This document shows, in pieces, positions 18,005 to 28,280 of a stretch of 64,000 bases of DNA. Source of the DNA: Patescibacteria group bacterium (GTDB lineage: Bacteria; Patescibacteriota; UBA1384; XYA2-FULL-43-10; 1-14-0-10-43-13); assembly GCA_041671645.1 (NCBI GenBank), contig JBAZBD010000001.1, positions 337,217 through 401,216 of the forward strand. The letters run 5' to 3'. The notes beneath the pieces were generated by a model that searched no databases, was not told the origin of the DNA, and saw only the letters and a program-made list of their open reading frames with translations. A program made the position numbers and the translations under genes. Every line of letters starts with the position of its first letter. The stretch's first letter is position 1.

Positions 18005-18789
18005 TTGCCGATTTCTCCTTTGATTTTGTCGTATGCGAAGACTGGCCCGTCTTTGCAGACAAGATATTTGCCAATGCTACAATGTTGGCAGATGCCGATG
18101 CCGCACTCCATCCGCCTTTCGTATGAGATAAATATTTGATTGTCCTGGATCCCCTTCTTGGCCAATTCCTCGATGCAAAAAGGCACCATCACTTCTGGTC
18201 CGCAAATCAGCGCGACCGTCTTTTTGTGATTCAATTTTAGTTTTTCGATTCCATCAGTGATCAAACCCTTTTCGCCCCAGAAACGCTCTGTGGCGACTTC
18301 GGTCATTGCATGAACTTTAAATATTTTTGACCAGGATTTGAGATCATTTTCGAAAAGAAGATGCTCGGAACTTCGAAATCCTGCTACGACGGCGATATTT
18401 TTCTGATTCTTCTCCAGCATCGATGAGATAAGTGGTCGCAGGGGGACAAGGCCAAGACCACCAGCAATCATGACGATTTCTTTGCCTCGTAATTTTTCGA
18501 TCGGCCAGCCAATGCCATAAGGCCCTCGGACGCTCATCTCGTCTCCTGGCATGAGGTCGGCCAAATGATGAGAAGTCGAGCCGCAATTTCGGATACAAAT
18601 CTCAAAATATTTTTCATTGCTCGGTGATGAACAGGGAGCAAAAGTTGCTTCGCCAAAATGGTCTGAGGAGATTTCGACAATCTGGCCAGGCATGAATTTC
18701 AAATTGCCTCTGAGCCTGAAGAGGAAAGTCGAAGGCGCGACCTCGGTTTTTGCGGAGATAGTATATTTTTTTGAAGCAAAATTAAGCAT
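18001..18789 (-). CDS. Sulfhydrogenase gamma subunit (FAD/NAD-binding, 2Fe-2S)
   Basis: RGPYG, AGGLGLVP, CGPEVM, ERRMECGIGICQHC...CKDGPVF. Confidence 0.93.
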   Translation of the reverse strand: MLNFASKKYTISAKTEVAPSTFLFRLRGNLKFMPGQIVEISSDHFGEATFAPCSSPSNEKYFEICIRNCGSTSHHLADLMPGDEMSVRGPYGIGWPIEKLRGKEIVMIAGGLGLVPLRPLISSMLEKNQKNIAVVAGFRSSEHLLFENDLKSWSKIFKVHAMTEVATERFWGEKGLITDGIEKLKLNHKKTVALICGPEVMVPFCIEELAKKGIQDNQIFISYERRMECGIGICQHCSIGKYLVCKDGPVFAYDKIKGEIGK

Positions 18790-19717
18790 TGTTTCCTAGG
18801 TCTTCCATTATTTTGTGTTGATTTAAGTGTGCTGGGCAGGCGGTGATACATCGGCCGCATCCGGTGCAGAGGAAATGGCCGCTTTTGTCATAAGCTCTGA
18901 CAAATTTGTGATGATACCAGTTATAAAGCCGATCTTTGTTCGTAGGCCGAAAATCATTGTGGTTTTGAATTTCGGAAAATGATTTGGCGAAACAGCTGTC
19001 CCAGCCAGCACATTTCTGGCAACTACCATCAGTTGGATTCCGATATTCTTTCTTGGTGCAAAAGCAAAGTGGGCATACGGCAGTGCAGGCGCCGCAACCG
19101 AAACAATTGTCACCGATACCCCGCCAAAACTCCTCTCGACTGGCCTTGTCGGCTACTGATTCATTTATTTTCTTCTTGTTCAGCTTTGTAACATTTTTGA
19201 GCACGATTTCGGGCGGTTCTTCATTGCTTTTCTTTTTCAGATGTTGGAGTTTCAGTATCTCTTTGCCCTTGGCGCTACCGGGGAAAAGTGCAAAATGATC
19301 GCCCTCTTTCTCGACAAAAAGATCAAAATTCTCGATTTTGCCTGGACCGAAGGCGGTGCAAAAGCAGTCTTTGTCGGGCTGGCAATGGTAAATAACGGTG
19401 AAAATCTCGCGAGGGAGCAAATCAGTTTGATCGAATTCCTTCCGAAATATCTGGAGCGCTTTGGCGTCGCAATTTGTGATCCCCCAAATCGCAATTTTCT
19501 CGTCCTTGAGAGTGGAGTCGAGCAGCCTTCCATTGGGATAGAGCAAGTTTTTGAATGGAATGATGCTTTTGGGTAGTGGCAGGGGAACATGATGAAAGTT
19601 TGTGAGTTCGCCAAACTCAAGCTTACCGTCAAGCTCTAAAGGCCCCCAAATCTTGTGCGTTTGCTTGATATAATGGAATATCTGGCTGAGCTGATGCTCA
19701 GAAACTAGGACTTTCAT
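18782..19717 (-). CDS. Sulfhydrogenase beta subunit (4Fe-4S dicluster)
   Basis: CFGCGACTAVCPLCFC, WDSC, HKF, CTGCGRCITACP. Confidence 0.92.
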   Translation of the reverse strand: MKVLVSEHQLSQIFHYIKQTHKIWGPLELDGKLEFGELTNFHHVPLPLPKSIIPFKNLLYPNGRLLDSTLKDEKIAIWGITNCDAKALQIFRKEFDQTDLLPREIFTVIYHCQPDKDCFCTAFGPGKIENFDLFVEKEGDHFALFPGSAKGKEILKLQHLKKKSNEEPPEIVLKNVTKLNKKKINESVADKASREEFWRGIGDNCFGCGACTAVCPLCFCTKKEYRNPTDGSCQKCAGWDSCFAKSFSEIQNHNDFRPTNKDRLYNWYHHKFVRAYDKSGHFLCTGCGRCITACPAHLNQHKIMEDLGNNA

Positions 19718-19833
19718 TTCCCGCTCCTTACTATTAACTTTATTTTACATTTTTTGATCTGTTTCAGCAATCAAATTTTGAAAGTTTGGCTTCATAGTGT
19801 TAAGATTTATTTAATTAATGTTTTGGAGCTAGA

Positions 19834-20955
19834 ATGCGTATTATTCAAGATGCGGATGTAAAAAACAAAAAAGTATTTCTTCGTGTGGATTTCAACGTTC
19901 CCTTGGCGGATGGAAAAGTAGTCGACAACAATAGAATTTTGGCAGCAGTCCCGACTATCCGAATGCTGGCCGAAAGCCGTGCCAAAATAATTATTGGCAC
20001 CCATATCGGTCGACCTGACGGGCAGAAAACAGCCGAAACTTCAGTCTTGCCGGCGGCCAAGGAATTGCAAAGGATTCTCAATCTGAAAGTCGAAGTTGCT
20101 CCTGATATTTTGGGCCCGGAGACGGAGAAGATGGTAGCCAATTTGAAGCCAGGCGGAATATTGGTCTTGGAAAATTTGCGCTGGGACAAGCGGGAAGAGG
20201 AGAATGCCCCAGAATTTGCACAGGAATTGGCCAAATATGGCGAAATCTACGTCAACGACGCCTTTGCTGTCTCGCATCGTGCCAATGCCTCAGTCGAAGC
20301 AATTACGAAATTATTGCCAAGTTATGCAGGACTCTTGCTTCAATCAGAAGTTTCTCATCTCGAGCTCTTGATTCAGGATCCGAAGCACCCTTTCACCGTC
20401 ATTATCGGCGGGGTCAAGGTGAAGGACAAGGCGGGCGTGATTGAGAGATTAGCCCCGTTAGCTGAAGATATCCTGATCGGCGGAGGAGTGGCTACCACTT
20501 TTCTAAAAGCACGAGGTGAAGAAATCGGCCAATCAATATTTGATGCGGAAATGGTAGAAGAGTGCAAGAAATTGCTCGAGAAACTCGGTGGTAAGCTCAA
20601 ATTACCATCTGATTTTGTCAAAGAGGAGACGCCTGAAGGCGGATTCAAAATTATGGATATCGGACCTGCTACGGCCAGAGATTTTTCTTCGATTATTCAA
20701 CGCTCAGAGACGATTCTCTGGAACGGCAGTCTCGGTTATAGCGAGGATTTGCGTTATCGCGAGGGCATGAAAATAGTGGCCAAGGCGATGGGGATGAACA
20801 GGGACGCTACGACAGTGGTGGCTGGCGGCGATACGGTCGGATTTATCAAACAGGAAAAGCTAGATAAGGGAATTTCCTTCATCTCAACCGGCGGAGGCGC
20901 AGCACTAGAATTCCTTGCAGGTGAACAATTGCCAGGAATTACAGCACTCGAATAA
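19834..20955 (+). CDS. pgk: Phosphoglycerate kinase
   Basis: RVDFNVP, HIGRP, LENLR, VNDAF, ISTGGGA. Confidence 0.97.
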   Translation: MRIIQDADVKNKKVFLRVDFNVPLADGKVVDNNRILAAVPTIRMLAESRAKIIIGTHIGRPDGQKTAETSVLPAAKELQRILNLKVEVAPDILGPETEKMVANLKPGGILVLENLRWDKREEENAPEFAQELAKYGEIYVNDAFAVSHRANASVEAITKLLPSYAGLLLQSEVSHLELLIQDPKHPFTVIIGGVKVKDKAGVIERLAPLAEDILIGGGVATTFLKARGEEIGQSIFDAEMVEECKKLLEKLGGKLKLPSDFVKEETPEGGFKIMDIGPATARDFSSIIQRSETILWNGSLGYSEDLRYREGMKIVAKAMGMNRDATTVVAGGDTVGFIKQEKLDKGISFISTGGGAALEFLAGEQLPGITALE

Positions 20956-20971
20956 TTATTTGGGGAGGGAT

Positions 20972-21787
20972 GTGACAGACGTTTCTATAGAATTAAACAA
21001 AGCACGACGGGGCGGATACGCCTTGCCGGCTTTTAATACCAACAATATGGAGGTGACCAAGGCAATTTGCGCTGCCGCCGCCAAGTCTGACTTACCGATC
21101 TTGATCGCTACTACTCCGGGCGCGATAGAATATGCAGGACTGAAAAATATATTTGATATTGTCTCAAATGAGATCGATTCAACCGGCATCAAGGCGGCGA
21201 TTCATCTCGACCATGCCAAGGATTTTGGTATCATCAAGCAGGCGATCGATATTGGCTATAAATCCGTGATGTTTGATGGCTCGTCACTAGACTACGATGA
21301 AAATGTCGCAAATACTGAAAAAGTTGTCCGTTATGCCCATGAACATAATGTAGCAGTAGAAGCGGAAATTGGCGTAATTGCCCGCGAAGAGGGCGGTAAA
21401 TTATCAAACAAGGCAGTCTATTCCGCTCCAGAACAGGTCAAAAGGTTTGTCGACGATACAGGGATCGATTCGGTGGCAATATCGGTCGGCAATGAGCATG
21501 GCGCGCCTGTCGGAGAAAAACTAAATCTAGAATTACTTCGTCAAATCGCAGAGATTGTCGAGATCCCGCTCGTCCTTCATGGTTCGTCTGGACTCTCCTC
21601 TGGCGATGTTCGCGAGGCGATTTCGCTAGGAATTGCCAAGATCAATATTGATACCAACATCCGCAAAGCCTTCGTCTCGGCAATCGAATCGTCAAAGGAG
21701 TCAGATTATCGTAACGTGATGAAGGAGGGCATGGAAGAGGTCGAGAAGGTCGTGGAGCACTATATTAAATTACTTGGTGGCAAATGA
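20972..21787 (+). CDS. fba: Class II fructose-bisphosphate aldolase
   Basis: PAFN, IHLDH, SVMFDGS, VEAEIG, GNEHG, LVLHGSSG; GTG start after GGGAGG. Confidence 0.93.
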   Translation: MTDVSIELNKARRGGYALPAFNTNNMEVTKAICAAAAKSDLPILIATTPGAIEYAGLKNIFDIVSNEIDSTGIKAAIHLDHAKDFGIIKQAIDIGYKSVMFDGSSLDYDENVANTEKVVRYAHEHNVAVEAEIGVIAREEGGKLSNKAVYSAPEQVKRFVDDTGIDSVAISVGNEHGAPVGEKLNLELLRQIAEIVEIPLVLHGSSGLSSGDVREAISLGIAKINIDTNIRKAFVSAIESSKESDYRNVMKEGMEEVEKVVEHYIKLLGGK

Positions 21788-22713
21788 AATATGATGTTGT
21801 GACAATTGGGGACGCGCTGGAAGATATATTCGTCAGCCCGAAACTAGACTCGAGATACGAGCGATCTTTTGGCTCGGGCAAAGGAATATGTTTTGAATTG
21901 GGCGAGAAGATCCCGCTCGAATGGGCGGAGCATCAAGTCGGTGGGTCGGCTTGCAACGTGGCCGTTGGCTTGGCAAGACTCGGGCTAAATTCTGCCGTCT
22001 GCACAACACTAGGCAAAGACGCGCCGGAGAAGAGAATCATGGAAGTTTTGGAGGATGAAGTCGTGGACACCGATTTGGTCAGGATAAATTCGGAGGCCAA
22101 GACTGGTTTCTCCGTCATTTTTTCGATCGATGGCGACCGAACGATCTTCGTCTATCATTCGACTGGAAAGATAGAAATTCCGCGTGATCTCTCGACCGAT
22201 TGGCTTTTCGTCGGTCCCCTACCTGAGGATTCAGAAAGTGTTGAGAAGCAGATTACGACTTTGGTCTCAGAAAAAAATATCAAATTGGCTTGGAATCCTG
22301 GTTCTCATCAGATTGCTCGAAAAGCGATTCATTACAAAAACTTATTACGCCTAACCTCAATTCTGTTCCTAAACAAAGACGAGGCGATTGATTTCCTAAA
22401 TTGTTCGATCAAGCCTTCTTGGGAAGATGCGCTTCGTCGACTGGCCGATTTTGGCCCCAAAATTATTGTGATCACCAACGGCAAAGAGGGCGTCAGGGCT
22501 TATGATGGCAAAGAAACTTATAGCGTAAATGCAGAGAAAAACGTCAAAGTTCTTGATTCTACCGGCGCTGGCGATGCCTTTGCTACAGCTTTCCTGGCTA
22601 GAATGATACAAGATCCAGAAAATATAGAGCTCGCCTTGAAGCAGGGGATCGAGAATTCGACCTCGGTAATCCGAAAAATCGGTGCTCAGACCGGGCTGCT
22701 CAGACGCTTCTAG
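21784..22713 (+). CDS. PfkB family carbohydrate kinase
   Basis: GGSACNVAVGLARLG, DSTGAGDAF. Confidence 0.92.
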   Translation: MKYDVVTIGDALEDIFVSPKLDSRYERSFGSGKGICFELGEKIPLEWAEHQVGGSACNVAVGLARLGLNSAVCTTLGKDAPEKRIMEVLEDEVVDTDLVRINSEAKTGFSVIFSIDGDRTIFVYHSTGKIEIPRDLSTDWLFVGPLPEDSESVEKQITTLVSEKNIKLAWNPGSHQIARKAIHYKNLLRLTSILFLNKDEAIDFLNCSIKPSWEDALRRLADFGPKIIVITNGKEGVRAYDGKETYSVNAEKNVKVLDSTGAGDAFATAFLARMIQDPENIELALKQGIENSTSVIRKIGAQTGLLRRF

Positions 22714-22836
22714 AACTAAATTATTTTCGATAAATAGAGACTATAGATGGTCGTCTTACTTGCAAGATGGCCGTTTTTGTGGTATAAAACAGTCAATCAT
22801 TAGAAAAATGAAATTCTATTTTCGGGGGTTTTCCTT

Positions 22837-23406
22837 ATGATAGCTGTATCCAATCTTCCTTCTAAATTGGTCGAAAAATTGACTACATTCGACTCTGAAG
22901 TGATGTTGACGAGATGGGAACTTAGAGATATCTTCCCGCACCGGGCGCACGCTTTGGTTGCGACTCGGGCGCTCATCTCCCCATGGGAGTCGCGCTTGAT
23001 TCTTGAGCCGAAAGATTTCGGACCATTTCTTACAGGGCATTTTCCGGGACAGCCAGTTTTTCCAATGCACTGGATGATGGAAATGTCAGCCGAGGCGGCA
23101 GGACTGGCCGCCCTCAGGGTAATGCTCTGTGAGCACCCAGAAAAGGTTGCTGACAATAGAGTTGTATTACAGCAGAGCTTGGGGATCTGGGATAGGCCTC
23201 CGCTGATGGTTAATCTTAACCATCCAGATGGCCTCATTGTGCTCGCACGTTATCTTGATGTAAATCTCGAGGTAAATAAAAATGCGAGCTATACAGCAAA
23301 GACGTGGCTATATAACGGTAAATATCATTCTTCGATTTCGGAGATTAAAGCTCGTCTTTGTAGCGAGAAGTCTCTCGAAAAGATGGTAGTCAGGATGTCT
23401 AAGTAA
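22837..23406 (+). CDS. FabZ/FabA-like hotdog-fold dehydratase (divergent)
   Basis: FPHR...FLTGHFPGQPVFPMHWMMEMSAEAAG matches the FabZ PHR...GHFP.P..P....E..AQ pattern. Confidence 0.7.
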   Translation: MIAVSNLPSKLVEKLTTFDSEVMLTRWELRDIFPHRAHALVATRALISPWESRLILEPKDFGPFLTGHFPGQPVFPMHWMMEMSAEAAGLAALRVMLCEHPEKVADNRVVLQQSLGIWDRPPLMVNLNHPDGLIVLARYLDVNLEVNKNASYTAKTWLYNGKYHSSISEIKARLCSEKSLEKMVVRMSK

Positions 23407-23500
23407 CAATTTTTCTTGGCCGACCCTCGTATGGGCCGGCTTTTTATGTCTTTAAAATGAGCACAGGTTGTGATATCGTAAGCTTTGATTATAAATAACA

Positions 23501-23525
23501 AGATCCCCGTTTGCACGGGGATGAC
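23501..23525. repeat. REP-like palindrome
   Basis: agatccccgt-ttgc-acggggatgac hairpin upstream of tig. Confidence 0.5.
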
Positions 23526-23535
23526 ATAGGAGAAT

Positions 23536-24735
23536 ATGAGCTCAAAAATTGAGAAACTAAAGGGTGGCAAAGTTAAATTCAAGATTGTAGTCGAACCGGC
23601 TGAAATGGTCAAATATTTCAACCAGGCTTTCGAGAAAATTGCTCCAGAAGTGAAATTACCAGGTTTTCGTCCGGGCAAGGCTCCTCGTCCGCTTGTCGAA
23701 TCATCTGTCGGGGTCTCGAGAATTATCTCTGACGCTCTAGATATTGCGGTCAACCACAGCTATTACCAGGCCTTGACTGAGCACGAGGTTTCTCCGATCA
23801 CTGAGCCAAGTGTGGTAATCGATAAATATCCAACCTACGGCGCGACCGAGGCAGAAGTCAAAGAGAATCTCGAATATACGATCGAAGTAGCAGTATTTCC
23901 AGAGGTCAAAGTCGGAGATTATTCGAAACTCAAGATTGAGTTACCAAAAAAAGAGGAAGCCAAAGAGGAAGATATCCAGAAAATCCTCGACAATTTGCTG
24001 AAGCAAAAAGCCAACTTCAAGGAAGTCGATCGGGCGGCTGAGAAGGGCGATTTCGTTGAATTGACCTACGAAGGAACACTCAAAGGAGTCCGAATTGACG
24101 CAATGTGCTCCAAGAATCATCCGATGGTATTGGGCGAAGGCACATTGATCCCAGGATTTGAAGAGGAAGTCGTCGGCATGAAAAAGGCCGAGAAGAAGAC
24201 TTTCAAGATCAAATTCCCAAAGGATTATCACTCCAAAGAGTACGCTGGCAAAGACGCTGAGTTTACGGTAGAGCTTTTCAATCTCAAAGAAGTTGTCTTA
24301 CCAAAGCTGGACAATGAATTTTCGATGGGATTTGGCGAGAAGACGCCAACAGATTTGAAGAAAGCGATCAAGAAGAATCTAGAACACGAAATTGAGCACA
24401 AACATGAGAGCGAAGTCGAGATGAAAGCGATCGATAAGGTCTTGCCGCTTGTCCATGTCGAGATTCCAGAAGCGATGATTGACCGTGAGACGGCCAGAAT
24501 GCTCGCCGATTACAGAGGCCAACTTGAGAAAATGGGTATGACCTTCGAATCTTACCTCGAAAGTCTGAAGAAGACGGAGGCAGATCTACGCAAGGATTTC
24601 GGCAAAACAGCTGAGAAAAACGTCAAAGTCGGACTCCTGATCGGTCATCTGATCAAAGAGCTTGGGCTTGATCCAGGCGATCAGGGTTCTGGCAAGAAAG
24701 CGATCGAGAAATTGGTCAAGGAATTGACCAAATAA
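23536..24735 (+). CDS. tig: Trigger factor
   Basis: PGFRPGKAP ribosome-binding loop, FKBP domain (LIPGFEE, FPKDYH). Confidence 0.96.
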   Translation: MSSKIEKLKGGKVKFKIVVEPAEMVKYFNQAFEKIAPEVKLPGFRPGKAPRPLVESSVGVSRIISDALDIAVNHSYYQALTEHEVSPITEPSVVIDKYPTYGATEAEVKENLEYTIEVAVFPEVKVGDYSKLKIELPKKEEAKEEDIQKILDNLLKQKANFKEVDRAAEKGDFVELTYEGTLKGVRIDAMCSKNHPMVLGEGTLIPGFEEEVVGMKKAEKKTFKIKFPKDYHSKEYAGKDAEFTVELFNLKEVVLPKLDNEFSMGFGEKTPTDLKKAIKKNLEHEIEHKHESEVEMKAIDKVLPLVHVEIPEAMIDRETARMLADYRGQLEKMGMTFESYLESLKKTEADLRKDFGKTAEKNVKVGLLIGHLIKELGLDPGDQGSGKKAIEKLVKELTK

Positions 24736-24835
24736 CTTTGACTTGAAGCGACATATATTGTATAAGAAGATCAGCTGACCATAATGGTTAGCTGATTTTT
24801 GATAGCGTCAGATGACGTTTCGGAGGTTGCATGCA

Positions 24836-26026
24836 ATGGGGATTTCATTTTTCCAAAAGATTGCAGCAGTTACAGTAATCTCGGAGAAAAATTTCTTATC
24901 GAGGATCGCAGTAATTGCAGAAACCTTGCCGAAAGATAGGTACAAGAGCGGTGTTGGGGTTGTGGTCGGCGAGACGGTATCTGCGGCGATGGAACATCAT
25001 TTGCATGTGACATTGATCGGGCCGAGCGCGACAGACCAAACTTGTGATAAGAGAATTACTGTGCCGTGCATTCGGCCAGTTAGGAATTATCCATCAACAT
25101 TTCCCTTCCTTATCTTTTGGACTTTCGCATTGTACAACGCATTGCAGGAAGTCCAGCTCGTTCATATACACTCGGTAACTCCTTTGAGTGTATGGTCGAT
25201 TGTGATTCTGTCTATGATGAAGAATCGACCAAAAGTTGTGTTCCATCTGCATACAGATTTTAGCCAGTATCTGGCGGCCTGGATCGGATGGAAATTGTTG
25301 CGAGATATCGCGATAAACCTGACAGCATCAGTGACCAGATTTTGTTGCAACAGAGCAGACAAGATTTTGGCTCCTTCGGCTTTCTTCGCAAAGAAGATGA
25401 AGCGAGAGCTCAAACTAGATAGAAATATCGAAGTTTGGTCTTCGCCAATTACTTTGCCAGAGATCGAAGCTGAGGTGAAGGTTCCTCAAGGACCTTACAT
25501 CGTTTGTGCTTGTAGGGTGGGAGATGAGAAGAATATTGTTCATCTTTTCAAAGTGCTTACTTTTCTATCGAAGGAAATTAGCTTGGTTATTGTCGGTGGC
25601 GGCGAGATCAAGCGGTACAAGAAAATCATTGCCGAAAAGTGGCCGAAATTAGAAAAAAGAATAATATTTACTGGTGCAGTCAGCCGTGTTGAATTGCTGG
25701 CTTATTGCCGAAAGGCACTTTGCTTTGTCTTCGGATCCAAGACCGAGACACAAGGGCTGACTGTCTTCGAGGCACTGGCGATGCGCATACCCGCGTTCGT
25801 AATGAAGGGGTATTGCTTCGACGACTTGCTGTCTGATTGCGAAGATGTCTCTCTGCTTCCCGATGACCCAGAAGCATGGGCGGCGGCGATCAGTATGTTT
25901 ATGTACGATCGCAGTTTGGCCAAGATTGCTGGCAATGAAGGCGCCAAACTGGTAGAGGAGAAGCTTTCGTCCCGAGTCCAGAGGAAGAGATTGGTAACTA
26001 TTTACCGCCTTCTTCACTCTGAATAA
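24836..26026 (+). CDS. Glycosyltransferase family 4 (diacylglycerol glucosyltransferase-like)
   Basis: SGVG, VHIHS, HLHT, EKN, SKTETQGLTVFEALA; ORF track start 24812, RBS-supported ATG 24836. Confidence 0.8.
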   Translation: MGISFFQKIAAVTVISEKNFLSRIAVIAETLPKDRYKSGVGVVVGETVSAAMEHHLHVTLIGPSATDQTCDKRITVPCIRPVRNYPSTFPFLIFWTFALYNALQEVQLVHIHSVTPLSVWSIVILSMMKNRPKVVFHLHTDFSQYLAAWIGWKLLRDIAINLTASVTRFCCNRADKILAPSAFFAKKMKRELKLDRNIEVWSSPITLPEIEAEVKVPQGPYIVCACRVGDEKNIVHLFKVLTFLSKEISLVIVGGGEIKRYKKIIAEKWPKLEKRIIFTGAVSRVELLAYCRKALCFVFGSKTETQGLTVFEALAMRIPAFVMKGYCFDDLLSDCEDVSLLPDDPEAWAAAISMFMYDRSLAKIAGNEGAKLVEEKLSSRVQRKRLVTIYRLLHSE

Positions 26027-26127
26027 CTTGTATGTGGTCGGCTCTGCCGGCCACATACAAAAACATTGATAACAAACTTGTGAATTGATATATAATAGAG
26101 AGACCAAGATAATACGAAGGAAACGAT

Positions 26128-26706
26128 ATGAGCTATTTAATTCCAACAGTGATAGAGAAGACAATGCAGGGCGAGCGAGCCTACGATATTTATTCAAGAC
26201 TTCTGAAGGACAGAATTATTTTTTTGGGTGGACCGGTAGATGATGATGTTGCTAATCTGATCATCGCTCAGCTTCTTTTCCTTGAGGCAGAGGACCAGAA
26301 GAAGGATATTACGATGTATATTAATTCGCCCGGAGGCTCGGTTTATTCAGGAATGGCGATTTATGACACAATGCAATATCTGAAGCCAAATGTATCGACT
26401 GTCGCAGTAGGAATGGCCGCTTCTATGGCCGCTTTCTTGCTCGCAGGAGGGGAGAAGGGCAAACGTTTTTCACTGCCAAATTCACGTATTTTGATTCATC
26501 AGCCAATGGGCGGGACACAGGGTCAAGCTTCTGACATCAAGATTCAAGCTGAAGAAATTCTCAAGATTCGTGAGGAAATCAACAAAATTTTGTCCAAAAA
26601 TACAGGACAACCACTCGACAAAGTGGCCAAGGATACAGATCGCGACTTCTACATGCGTGCCGATGAAGCGGTCAAATATGGAATTATCGATAAAGTGATC
26701 AAATAG
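26128..26706 (+). CDS. clpP: ATP-dependent Clp protease proteolytic subunit
   Basis: [31 protein letters not shown]. Confidence 0.98.
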   Translation: MSYLIPTVIEKTMQGERAYDIYSRLLKDRIIFLGGPVDDDVANLIIAQLLFLEAEDQKKDITMYINSPGGSVYSGMAIYDTMQYLKPNVSTVAVGMAASMAAFLLAGGEKGKRFSLPNSRILIHQPMGGTQGQASDIKIQAEEILKIREEINKILSKNTGQPLDKVAKDTDRDFYMRADEAVKYGIIDKVIK

Positions 26707-26809
26707 CACTTGAGGCCGAAAGTACTAGAATGTTTTCTTGAACGGAGTGAATAATCGTGAACCGGTTCTTCACTTAATTCAAGACGACAAATCTTGAAGG
26801 GGGGCGCAA

Positions 26810-27187
26810 ATGTGCTTAATTAACTTCCAACAGCTTCGCGATGGAGCTACGAACAAAATCGAAATTATGTTAGAAAAGCTGAAACCGCACGAAGGTTTTA
26901 GCTGGGCCATCGATGATGACCCTTCGATCCCACTCGATTCGATTCGAGTATGTGTTACGGAAAAGTTTCCGTCAGAGAAGGAACATGAACGCGATAAGGT
27001 TATCGTATATGACATGGTGTTCCCTGCCCGTGAAAAGTTATCGAGCGGAGAAATTTGCGAGATTTATCTTGAATCGACAAATTGGTTGGCAGGATTGCCC
27101 GACCGAAGACATTTTCATCAAATCGATTGGAACGCGCTGATCGAGTTCGAAGGCGAGCCTGCGGGCTCAAAGAAAAAACAGGATTAA
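26810..27187 (+). CDS. Hypothetical (orphan) protein
   Basis: G-rich RBS and downstream hairpin terminator. Confidence 0.55.
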   Translation: MCLINFQQLRDGATNKIEIMLEKLKPHEGFSWAIDDDPSIPLDSIRVCVTEKFPSEKEHERDKVIVYDMVFPAREKLSSGEICEIYLESTNWLAGLPDRRHFHQIDWNALIEFEGEPAGSKKKQD

Positions 27188-27252
27188 AAGTTGTTCGTGG
27201 CGCTAGTAGGTCTAGCGCCACTTTTTATTTTCTGCTACCTGGTTCAACCGAT

Positions 27253-28221
27253 CTAGAGAAGCCAGCTTTTGGCTCTTTTTTTCATCTTCAAATTATTGAT
27301 AATATTCGCGAAGCTTGGGTTGTCTTTGTTTGTCAAAATTATATTTTTAAAATCCTGATTCAATTCCTCGTAATTTGATGCGGCTCGAAACAATTGGTAG
27401 TCTGGATCAGTGTATTTGCCATCTTTATCTTTTTGATTGTGAATTGTTTGCAATCCATCCATTGCAAAGGCCAGTGCACCAGCCGCTAAATACGAAAGAG
27501 AGCGGGTTTTGTCATCAAATCTTGCACCATTATCTTTCCAAATTTTCATCAATGGCACATAAATGTTTTCCAGGAGATCTTTTTCTTTTGCTACTTGTGT
27601 TATATCAATATTGACCCCGAATCTTCTGTCTTGAGAGGCAATCAATTCAAGTGCGCGGTTGAAATCAGTGATGTTATTGTCTTTTGACGCTGGGTCTTTT
27701 GCAATCCATTCGGCATATTTTGCTGTTTCAGATAATATCTTCTTGTATTCTCTCGTGCCGTCGTATGGGAGTTCTGCGAGTGTCTTTATGGTGTCCATCT
27801 CTGGCTCAGGACCTCGGTTAACTTTTTCTTTTGTAGGGGTGCTCGTCGCAACTTTCTCAGCTGGAGTGTTTCCCGGTGAATCAGTATTTAAGTTAGTAGA
27901 GTTCTGCCGACGTTCTGCCGCCAGTTTTTGGAGCTCCTCTCGAGACAAAAATCTATTTGAGGCGTCTGGACTCGGAGGTGTGTTGTTCGGCTTATTTATT
28001 GTTGTGTTATCTATTACTTCTCGCCATTCTTCGATATTCTCTTCATCATCTGCTTCGCTTTTTGCTCTGATCTGAGCGTTTAGCCGACGTTCTTCCGCCA
28101 TTTCCTGGAGCTCCTCTGGAGCCAAGAATCTTTTTGAATTATCTGGCTTGTTCGATTCAGCCAAAGGCTGTTTCTTGTCGTCTTCAAACATTCCTTTTTC
28201 ACCGCTACGCCATATGGGCAT
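27253..28221 (-). CDS. Hypothetical protein with low-complexity N-half and duplicated RFL..EELQ..A.ERR motif
   Basis: Long ORF; start trimmed to MPIWRSG to avoid overlap with the divergent gene. Confidence 0.65.
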   Translation of the reverse strand: MPIWRSGEKGMFEDDKKQPLAESNKPDNSKRFLAPEELQEMAEERRLNAQIRAKSEADDEENIEEWREVIDNTTINKPNNTPPSPDASNRFLSREELQKLAAERRQNSTNLNTDSPGNTPAEKVATSTPTKEKVNRGPEPEMDTIKTLAELPYDGTREYKKILSETAKYAEWIAKDPASKDNNITDFNRALELIASQDRRFGVNIDITQVAKEKDLLENIYVPLMKIWKDNGARFDDKTRSLSYLAAGALAFAMDGLQTIHNQKDKDGKYTDPDYQLFRAASNYEELNQDFKNIILTNKDNPSFANIINNLKMKKRAKSWLL

Positions 28222-28280
28222 GATGCTCTTTCTTTTAAGATTTGATTTGTTATGATAATAATACATAAACAAGGAGAAAT

